A stretch of DNA of 64,000 nt from Bugula neritina. Its lineage: Eukaryota > Animalia > Bryozoa. How positions within the stretch are numbered: position 1 is the first letter of the stretch; the number at the start of each line of letters is the position of its first letter. The notes under the pieces are model-generated. The model was not told the DNA's origin. It searched no databases and saw only the letters and a list, made by a program, of their open reading frames with translations. The stretch is from positions 8,566,581 to 8,630,580 of the forward strand of contig OZ037767.1 of the NCBI GenBank assembly GCA_964035545.1, written 5' to 3'. The position numbers and the translations under genes are program-made. This document shows, piece after piece, positions 15,101 through 27,100 of this stretch.

Positions 15101-18100
15101 CAGTCTGAAAATGTGGGGGAAGATTAGAATTCATAGAAAGGAGTTATTTAAGGCTGCTTTATTAGTAATATTACTAGGGCTGGACAGTAATTATTAGTAA
15201 TAAAATAGAGGTAAGGTTATCATAGGTCATGTAATTATAGATTAGTAGCTACTATCTAAGTAATATGATGATAACAAACCTGTACCATATACATAATAAA
15301 CATGTAGTGTATGTATTAGTTAATGTACTGTATCTATTAGTTGATGTAGTGTGTGTATTAGTTACAAGTAGTGTATGTATAGCTACATGTAGTGTATGTA
15401 TAGCTACATGTAGTGTATGAATAGTTACATGTAGTGTATGAATAGTTACATATAGTTTATGTATTAGTGTAGTGTACGCATTATTTACATATAATTTATT
15501 TATTAGCTACCTGTATTTTGCTCTTACCTGTAAGGTATGTGTTGTGAGACGAGTTTATGAAATAGTGCGAGAGAGGATGACTCATATCGTCGCTGAGGTC
15601 GTAACGCTCCAGAGAGACGGCCACATTATCTTCACTCATCAGGTACATGAGCAGGGCATTGAACGACAGGCGACCTGTAGCATGTAACACAAAGTGTCAA
15701 GCAGAGAGAAGAGTGTACACTGCGTGTAGTAGCATGTATACACCACATGTAGTAACAGTTGCACACTGTGTATTGTGCAGCAACATATAATCTAGACAGA
15801 ATGAAATAGGTGAAAACATGCTGTAGCACAAAACTATAATATGCAAAAAATTATCCTGTTAATGTAATAGTTCCAAGTTTAGATATTGTCTCGTCTCTCA
15901 TGGGATGCATAACACAGTAGAAAACTGAAGGGCGCTAATTAATAATTATTTTTCTGCTTTAACGAACTCTCTACTAAAACTACAATGCTTCAAAAACACA
16001 TAACAAAATGATGGTCAGTTTCTTCAACAATGCACAGTTTACACTTTATAGACAAACAGTACACAAGCAGACCACAGACATCACTCTACCAACCTTTCTT
16101 CCTGTTCTCCTCACTAATCTCAAACCTCTGTATGATAGACTCGGCATCTTCAGTCGTGGCAAACGGATAGAGTATCTCATTGAGTCGAGGGTCCCTCTGG
16201 TATTCGTTGATGAATTCAGTTATCTGTGATTTCGTGAGGTACTTGTCCTTTTCCCCTTTACTGTTGGTTGATTCACATCCCCTATACACCATAACATTAT
16301 GCAATCTTCTATATAACAGATCTTCAAACAAATTAGTGGATAACCTCCCACCTAACTTCTGTTTGTGCTCTGACTCATGCACATACTTTCCTAATAAAAG
16401 CATAGTGAAGGAAAGTCAAATGATGATGAGACAATGTAACATCCCACTCATATTGGCTCATCAATGAGAGGAACTTATGGAGTAAGGTTATTAGTATATA
16501 TAATATGATGTGTAAAATATATTTTATATGCTATATTGTAGACAAAACTATAATATTTGACACTTGTGATTCCAATCACAGTTAGTACTTTCCAAGAAAT
16601 AGATTTTTGAAAACCCAAAGTATGACTGGATGAACGTTTAGTTATGATCTGGTCTATGCAGTCTCAAAGATATGTGATGGTATGACATACTGAGGCAGGT
16701 GAGAGTGAATCAGGGGACAATGACATGTATGACACACAACTCAGGTGCTACCAGCATTAGGCTGTATAAGTGGTGGAATAAATTACACTATCTAGGGAAT
16801 AATATTGGCACATTAATAGAGAAAGTGTGATAATTAATTTAACATTAGCTTCACTGCTCCAAAAGAAATATAAATGGTGTACTTATTTATTATTTTACAA
16901 GTCAAAGGCATATACTAATCAAATAATGAGAGAGACAAGTTTCGGAAAAAAAAACTACAGCTCAAAATTCATGCTAGCACAATCGCTTGTTTGGTGGCAA
17001 TATAAAAAGGGCACAGATAGATGATATAGGGGAGCATTGCGGCAATATATTACATGAATCCCCTGTGACAAATATTCCATCTAACAATGTTGATAATTTT
17101 CCAATCACAAATGCATATTTACTTGTTCCAAACCTACTCTTTCACTTATTGCTGATGAGTTTGCAGTCAACAGTCATGTATAAACTACTGTATTCTTATT
17201 CACCCAACAATTAAATGTTTTAATTCAACGTCTGAAGTGTTTGCTTACCCCTGCCATGGCAAGAACTACATTATTAAACAAATGTTGTACTTCGAGTCTA
17301 AATTTTGTTTTATTTTGTTTCATTTTAAACAAAACTGCTTCAGTACAGGTTGTCCTACAACTAAATCACTTGCTTAAGTTAACCTTCTAAAATGTTACCA
17401 ATTGAATTCTAACTTATGCGATTCTTAAAGATGCACAAATTATATAGAGCTACAGCATATTACAAATATAACTCACAACTTGTTGAATATTTCATTCAGT
17501 TCTGTCCGCTCACACAGGTTTAAATAGAATGTCAAGAAATGCTGGAATGTAAAATCCTCAAAAGAAATGGTGTCCTTAGATTCACAGGGTAAGTTTACAC
17601 TTTTCAATGCCATATGAACTCTCTTTCTGTCTTCCTTGTGAGTAGCAAACAGCTGAGTGATTCTACAGAAGAGGTACTTGTTGACTATACCTGACAGGTA
17701 CTTGCTAACTACACCTGGCAGGTACTTGTTGACTATACCTGACAGGTACTTGTTGACTATACCCGACAGGTATTTGCTAACTACACCTGGCAGGTACTTG
17801 CTAACTACTCCTGGCAAGTATGCTATAAAACCAAAGACACGAGTAGAAAACAAAATATAGCCCAATACAACATTTGCCACCAAAAAACTTGGCTTTTTCT
17901 GTACAATATCTCTGCAGCTGTCACATCTACTGTCACGTCTACTACTGTCGCATCTACCACTGTCACATCTATTAAACTGTAGAAACCATATTTACATAAT
18001 AGCAGCTAGCTACCATGTCTATACAGTTTACCAATACTCTGTCAGCATTGTTATCTCACCCCTTGACTGTCATCTGCTCGTTATTCTCCGATGCGGTCAG

Positions 18101-21100
18101 CTTGGTCCTTGCATATATCTTCTCTAAATAGTGCATGGCGCTGCCGTTAGCTACCACTGGGTTACGTGAGTATTTGAGCAATTCATCTGTCCATAACTAC
18201 AAAGTTTTAACATTGCAGCCAATATAGTAACCTTGGGTATAGTGATTTTAAAAAACACTAAAATATCTGAATATACAATTAGGGAGCAGCCGTGGTCTAG
18301 GGGTTAGAGCATTTGCCTAGTAAGCACAAAGTCATGGGTTGAGCCCGGACGAAGACCATTGGTGATGTTAGGAAGAGCATCTAGTCATAATTGCTCCAGT
18401 GCCTCATCTGAACAAGTCTTCCCTATTTAACAAAAAACCTTTTCCACCAGGGGTTTCTCACGGGGATAGTGACTATAAACTTGTGTGAGTATCTGAATAC
18501 ACAATTAACAAATATTAAAGTCATCAAGTCAAGTGAACAGATTGAAGATAAAAGTTTGGGTGAATAACAACCATTTTATCTGCCATTGCAGAGTTATCGG
18601 ACAAAACAAGGAGCTTTTCCAGTAGCAACGCCATCCATTGACCCTTATTCTATAAATGTTATTCTGGGAGAGCAGGGGAAAAACGTTTGAAAGTATCCCT
18701 GCTACAACAAGACAGCAAACTCCCTCAGCCTATGGGTTACTGTCCATACGAGATTTGTTGCTAAGCAACAGCTGAGTTGTTCTTACCCTGGCCTTGGTAG
18801 CAGAGTCGAAGATGAATGTGGTCCAGGTTAGGTTGACAAAGTCAGTGCCTGTACAAATAGTTAGGGTTTTATCTTCCAGACTATCTCCAGCGCTCCCATA
18901 GTCTTTCATCTTGCTCTCAGGCTAAAAGGGGTCATGTAAAGCCACATGATACGAAATCATCTATAAGCAGCTCAGAGTTGAAGGTGACTTAGTACAGTGG
19001 TTTGGGATATTGAGTTTAGAGTTGGGGGTTCAAAGTTCAAACCCCAAACCCCTAACTCTAAACTCGAGAACCCCAAACTACTGTACTCATTCACCCCCAA
19101 CTCCAACTGCTTATAGATTCACATGATACATTGCTATGAATTTTTGTAAAATATGTAGGTCGTAGGAGTAACTTAGTCAAAGTATTTCATCACATAAATA
19201 ATAGATTTGTTGCAAGTGCTCACAATCTTGTATATTCTATATAAATAAGTTACTCAACTAATGGAACTAAAATTGAAGAATTTTTAAACAGAATAGAAAA
19301 TAGTTGTGAAAATGTAACTTGGTTTGAGGATTTACTTACTACAGAGATTCACATACAAAGAGAAATAAAACAGAATGATAGCTTAAGTAAGCTGGTATTT
19401 GGCAGGAAAATCAGGAAAAGGGAAATGCCACAACGATTATTGTTTACAAAATCTAAAAATAGTGAATGTTAACAAGCTTAGCTCTTATAAATATTGAATT
19501 GTTTTGAAATAAAATGTAAATTAGATGTTATGAAGCAGGAAAAGCAGAAACTTGTTGGTTATAAGGCTGAGCATGTTAGCAGAGCCAACTACCTGATCCA
19601 GGTGGTTACAGGAGGGCTGACTACCTGGTTCAGGTACCAGGTTAATACCATTTAGCTGATTTTCAAGAATTCAACTTTATCAATTTATGTTTAGACCCCA
19701 AGAATTATAGAAACAGCATAGCATGAATTATAAATATTATATTGCAACAAATTTTATTTTGAGTTAAAAGAGTGAAATATATATAAAACTTGTGTCTATA
19801 ACCAACACAACAAAATTACATGGATGTAATGCAATAGAAAAGTTATATAACAAAAAAGTTATATAAAAATGACATTTAAAGGAAAAATATGAGAGCTAGG
19901 AAGAGGAAGGGGGAAAGAACCTAACATGTTATGTAGGTGGTTACAGTAGAAGGAATACACAACTGAGCAGGAATATCCCTGGAAGGAATGTAGTATCATA
20001 GATTAGTCATACATTTAGTGGAATATTGTTGACAAGTTGATGCATATAAAATACACTGTGGGCCATAATTCACTGTAACCATTAGTGTTGAGCTGGTAGT
20101 AATATTAGTAAACCTAACAATATGACACTATCAGCTGAAATTATGCTCTGGCATTCATCAACTACTGCCATGTTCAAAGGCTAATGTTTAATACAGAGAT
20201 GTAATCACCATCACGTGCTGGTGCTTCAAAGCTTGTCAACTTTGAAGTTAGGTCTGTTTTGCTTACAATTTGGTAGACTGAGTTCTTACTGATGGTGTGT
20301 AGTTTGGTGGTGAATTGTCAGATATATTAGTAATAAGAAAGGCTGAAGGAAGAGCAAGCAGAGAAACTAGCCAGTGTTAGTCAAGCAGCTGGTTCAGTCA
20401 CATTCTACACATTCTACACAGATACAAGTTGCTGGTATACATGCAAAGACAGTATGTGGTCGACAAAAAGGTGCAGAATTGGAGAAATCTCAAAAATCCT
20501 GTATCCCACTGAAAAAGAGATGAACCCCAAACCAAAACTCATAGCCATAATCAAAGAACTTAGACTATTGAAATTTCTCCACCACTGCAACTGAATGCAA
20601 CTGAGCAACCCTTAGCCCAAGGTCTTGTCAGAGACTCACTTTATAGGGTTTTATAGCTGCAACCGCTGTGTTCATCAAACCTGATGCTATAGTTAGCTGA
20701 CTTTCTACATATGCTGAACATGGTGGCACACTGGGTGGGGTCACTTCTTGAAACTGTCACACAACAAACACAGTCTAAGAAATAATTAGCACATCTACAA
20801 TCACTGTAATTCAAATTACAGAGCATTCCAGGGAAATTTTGGAGTTGTCCACAAAAAAACTCCGAAAAAAACAAGTTTAAACATGTAGAATATAGATGTT
20901 ATAATAAAATATAAGTATAAATTCTGGAAGACTCGTAATAGACGTGCTGTGAACAACTCCAAAATTTAGTGGTGAAAATTTATCACGTACATGTGCAAAT
21001 TATACATGCAGACAACATAAAAAACCATAATATACATATATATATATGCTTCACAAAGAGGCAAATTTCATAACGGCATGTTCACTAACGTAACATTCCC

Positions 21101-24100
21101 AATCTGCAAGCAGCCAATAATGTGCAACATAACACCTACACCATGGAGTTATCTCTCCTGGAACATAAACTCAGCAGACTGGAAACCAGCCTCTACAGTC
21201 TACATACATGACTAAACTGTGATAGTATCAAATCATCTAGATATTATAGAAAATTACTTTTTCTAGTTTCTAGATGATTTGAGCAGTTATAGGGAGACTG
21301 AGTGTTCCAGAGGTAAGGAAGGCCAGAGTTCACAGTGTAGAAATACTTACATATGTGCTGACGACATCATGCAATAAGGCAGCACACGCCCACCCTATAC
21401 ACTGAACACTCACACTACACCACAGCATACATAGGGTGGCTATTACAGAGTAAAAGCTAAACTGAGGACAATTCAACCCACAACTCTGCCCACATAGTGA
21501 TGCTCTGCCTGCAGAGAAGGTGTGATGAAGGATGCGCCAAGAAGTCACATGATACGCAGAGTCAGCAGATAGTAGTCAGCGAGTGTTGGAATCACAGTGA
21601 GGGTGACAGTTATTAGAAAATGCTATCCTAATGAGGTGGGTACAGTTATGGAGAAATTGAGAAAAGCCTGTGTTCTAGATTAAAAATATAGCAAAAATTC
21701 CAACCCTCGCCCCAAACCAAAAATTAATAATAAAATTAAAGAACTTAGGCTATCTCAATTTCTTCATTACTGATCCTAAATGATCCTCACATACATAGTT
21801 GAGGGTAGTAACTAGAGGGCACAAGCATCTTCTCAGCCTAGTGTATCATTCGAGTGTCTGAATTCATAGCACACTGCTAGGTAAATATCACACACAGTCT
21901 AATTATGGTGACTAAACTCTGAAATATAATATAGTACTAAGAAGAGGTGAGATAGTAGGAAACTAACATTTGTGTGGGTAAAAATTAACACATGGGGTAA
22001 TCACTCCACTGCATATCTAAGCCTGTCATTAAAAGTGCAGTTTTGAAATGTACACCACACTGGAAACTGAAATTTTATGCTTATGCAATCATAAAATTAA
22101 TCAAGTTTAAATAAATAAAATGTCATCTGTAATATAATATACAACATAATAATATTAAATAACATAAAGTAAAGATTTAAGAATATCTATAGGAGTAGAA
22201 ACATTATAAAATGCAATATTATAATGCATTAACATATAATACTGTATACCATAATATATTGCATATAATATAATGGTTTTTCACTTACTATTCTGTTAAA
22301 ATTCAACAAACTGAGTTACAAATATTCCTTAATTCTTCACATGACACATACCTTAGGGGACTTAGCAAACTTCCCAGTTCTCGTATCTCTTATTTGTGAG
22401 ATGTCTATGTACTGTGTCTGTAACATGAGTTATATTAACATATTATCATATTATATGAAAGTTATATTAACATATTATCATATTATATGAAAGTTATATT
22501 AACACATTACCATAATATATGAAAGTTATATTAACACATTACCATAATATATGAAAGTTATATTAACACATTACCATAATATATGAAAGTTATATTAACA
22601 GATTACCATAATATATGAAAGTTATATTAACACATTAACGTAATATATGAAAGTTATATAAACACACTACCATAATGATTATATGTAAGTTATATAAACA
22701 TATTACCACATTATATGTATTACTTTAATCCGGTGCATATACTATAATCTATATGGTATAATGCATACTATATGGTACAATGTATACTATGTGGTATAAT
22801 GCATACTATGTGGTATGATGTGTACTATGTGGTATACATTATACCACATACTATAACTATAGGTTCCCCACCAACTATATGGACCTGTGCTATATTAGGT
22901 GGAACACAGGGTCATATACTGACACTACCAATCATTTGTAACATATTACATGGTCATATATTACAAATAATTGATTTAATATATGACACAAGGTAAGCTA
23001 TTACCAATTATTGCAACAAATGAATTTCAGAAATTCTGACGCTTCCACAAAACTACTGATTACTCAGCAAACATTGCCATCAAATAAAATAAAAATTCTG
23101 AAGAGAAATTATGCCGCAAGTTTTAGGAGATATGAGGGCGCCTGGCTAATCCCGTACCCATTGAAGACTGGCGTTATGTTGGAAATTCTTAGATAATAGC
23201 CATAGCAAAGGCTTACAGAAAAGATTAAAGTAAGTCTGATTTCTCCTTTAAATATTGAATAAAATGATTAGTTATTTTAAAATATCTAAACTTTGCATTT
23301 ATCTGCTGAAAAACAGCATATAGAGAGAGAAAATTATTGAACTATTTCTCTTGGTTGAATTTTTGTTTACAACAAGCTTTAACCAGTATATTACAAACAT
23401 ATCTTCCTTTTTAAAACAACTCCATCAGTAGGATGTACTTGTTATACAACAACTGGAGAGTGGGTGTAGAACCTGAGAGATAACAAGATGAGAATGGACA
23501 TAGGAGTGGAGAGATGAGAATGGACATAGGAGTGGAGAGATGAGAATGGACATAGGAGTGGAGAGATGAGAATGGACATAAAGTGGAGAGATGAGAATGG
23601 ACATAGGAGTGGAGAGATGAGAATGGACATAGGAGTGGAGAGATGAGAATGGACATAGGAGTGGAGAGATGAGAATGGACATGTTGCTTATGTAAGACAA
23701 TACCCCAACCATACATATCATTGAGACAGTAAAAGTAGTCAATTTGAGGGTAGTTCAACAGACTTGGAGCTATGTTAAGGCACCACCATATAACACCACT
23801 TATTACCACCATTACCATTGACTAAGATTGAGGGATTACTATTCCCAGCTTTCCATATCCTTCCCAGATGCTGGGGCCACACCATAGGAAAAGGCTCCTA
23901 GACTGGTTGTGGAAGAAAGGGCTGGGGAACAGGATTTGTCCTGGACTAATGAAATGACTCCTAATGTACTTATGATTGAACAGATTTGGGACTTCAGCAC
24001 ATCCTGGTCAGAGTGGTTACTTCCACAACTAATAAGCTAATAACTTCAAGGTTTAAACTTTAGGCACAAAAAGATAAGCCCCTAGATCACATATGGAACG

Positions 24101-27100
24101 AACTTGAAAACAAATTAAAAATGAAAACAACATATATGATAGCAATCTAGAATAATATTATAGTCATTTAAACAGGCGAAATATTTGGCAGGCATTTGCA
24201 AGTACTGCTGGCAGACTTAACTAGGGAGATAGGGTACTTTACTACCTGGGCCTTAGGGCAACCCCCCCCCTCCCACCTATAATATGAGTTTGATATCAGT
24301 AAAAGTATTATTTAATATTTTCAAGTGTCGCCATATTTTGAGAGTCCTGACAGTCATGCTGAAGGTCACTGTAATGTGAGTTCTATGCTAATGCTTACAA
24401 AATTAGCCAATCACCTTGCAGCTTGAATTTATCTCAAACTGACCACATTGTGGCAATCCTAATCCTTCATCTACCAAAAAATGGTGAAAAAACTCAAAGA
24501 ATGGAACTGGTAATCTGCTGGTAGATTAACATTGTGCTACTTTGTTCTATGATGTTTCAAGAGTGGCCTGGAATGCCTAGCAAATTTAGCATTCAATTTA
24601 CACATCTTCAGACATCGAATTACACAAATTGGGCATTCCCATTGGAGTATTATAGTAAGTTATCAGTTGTAAGAGCTGTAATTATTTAATCTATAAAATT
24701 AATAGAATATCGTTATTACTTTAATGTTCATAATTACCATAAAACAAAATGTACAATAGCTTGGCTCTGGCACCAATTAAATTAGGCTATACATAATAAT
24801 GAATTTAGTAGCAAGTAGCCATTATTCCTGCTCTTTAATTAGTGTACGGCTCATGCCGGCCATTCCTTTACCAACTGACAAATCACTACCACACTAACCC
24901 ATCAGCTACACTTGTTTTTTGTAAAGTCGAGGAGATGGAATTATTCTATAAGCAGCTCCGAGCTGGGGGTGACTGGGTGCAATAGTGTGGGATTCTTGAG
25001 TTTTGAGTTCCAACTTGAACCCCCAACTCCAAACTCGAGAATACCAAGCTATTGCACTCAGTCACCCCCAACTCAGAGCTGCTTATAGACCCACTAGAGA
25101 AAGCTAAATATTTGCACATATAAAGCAGTCAGCTTTAGCTTGTAATAATACAGTTGTTCTAATAAAAATAAGATAATTGAATTTTCTTTTAGCAGTTGTC
25201 TATATGGTGGGACATTATTTGGTGGGACATTATATGGTGGGATATTATATGGTGGGACATTATATGGTGGGACATTATATGGTGGGACATTATATGGTGG
25301 GACATTATATGGTGGGACATTATATGGTGGGACATTATATGGTGGGACATTATATGGTGGGACATTATATGGTGGGGCATTATATGGGACACTAGCTAAT
25401 CTGTAATCTATACTTCCACCTGTAATTAAAAGATTAATCTCCCCACGTAGCCCTACTTGCCACGTACATCTAAAGGAAAGCTGGGCGCTAGCTGACCCTT
25501 TGAGAAGGCTATTGATTAGCTAAGAAGAGAAGATAGAACTCACAAGTACACTCAGAGATGGTGATAGCAACTTCAAGTGTTTTGTTAAATCAGCTGCTCT
25601 GAGCAAACATAAATCTGATGACAATGTTTTAGCAGCCATAGCAGGTTGCCATCATCACATAATAGCCATATGAAGACTCTAACGACAACCTTGTAAAAAC
25701 CTAGTAGGATCCTAATAAAACCCTAACAGGATCCTAGCAGTCCTGGTTTACCAAACCATGAATTCATTAAAAAGTACTAAAAGCACTAAAAAGATATGAA
25801 CACCTTTCTAACTGTTAACTGGATGTCACCCTAGCCAAAGTTTCTATAAGAAGATTACAGTATAGTAATGAAACCAGAATGAACATTAAGGCGTATAGAA
25901 CCGAGGCTAGAGTTTACATAATGCAGCTTTTTATTATAAACAGCCAACCACTCTACTTGGTTAGATCCGGGCAGCAAAGGTTTAGCCGATTTTAAAATAG
26001 TATATAGGACAAGTGAATGCATCACTAAAACACAGTGTAACTTACAGAAGATGGGGGTACTGTGTAGGTCCATGATAAATAGAATGCCTTTTCATCCACC
26101 TGGAGCAAACAAGGCATTGGTGTGCCCAGTTCCTGCAAGTTGAATAACATAAACATAGACTTATTATATACTGGTTATAAGTAATTAAAGTAGAGATGTA
26201 CATGTAGTTTAGGACTGGCTGGCTGAAGGTTTGCAGGTACATAAGTGTATACTGTATAAAGATCAATGCCAATCACTGGCAGCATGTTTATTGGTGATGG
26301 ATTACCAGAACACACTGGCAGGGTACATAACATACTAGTTGTAAAATCAGAGTAAGAGTTCTGCGGCAGCAGCTTTTTCAGCAGCATGCCGCCAGCAGGT
26401 GTGAGGTTTACAGGTAAAGGTACTCTGCCTTTTAAACTTCAACAAGAAAGGCGGTGAAAGAAGTTGCTGCCGTTATTATAACTGGCAGCAAATTCAAAGC
26501 GTCACCACCATTTTAGTCTCTGCTATCAGAAAATAAAACTTATACATCTTAGAACAAGAATTCTTTGAAAGGAAACAGAATAGACGTTAGGAAATATATG
26601 CTGCAAAGTGCACTGTATAAATGAGATATTATTCACACTACCACATGCAATGGAATTTAGTGACAGTAACATACAGCTGGTTATATAAGGACCAACCAAT
26701 AACCAACTCCCCCACATTCACCAAACTGACTCAGCTCTGAGTGACACCCTTAGGTGTCAATGTCATTACACAGCTACAGCACACTGTGGTAGTATAACTT
26801 ACACAGCTACAGCACATGGTGGTAGTATGACTTACACAGCTACAGCACACTGTGGTAGTATGACTTACACAGCTGTCAGCTACGCACCAACTCACTCTTT
26901 CCTTGCAACTCTTAAATAAAAAACTAACTAGCACATGTAAAACATGCCAATGTAATGTCCCTTAAGCTAGCTGTTTTAGGCACTACTGGAACTCTGCATC
27001 AAATGCAACACCAACACTAATACATTCTACTGAGCAGTTATATCTAGGAGTAATAATTAGTTCATACAGAGTAGCAGTCTAATCTAACTAATTTATATAA

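Noticed and set aside
20200-20850. Possible decayed transposon or nested gene in PLCB intron 3
   Set aside because: No recognisable motif, termini or consistent exon structure.
25177-25399. Repetitive ORFs (MVGHY/WWDII; also 23411-23818, 53878-54159, 50373-50651, 17657-17860)
   Set aside because: Translations of intronic mini- and microsatellites.
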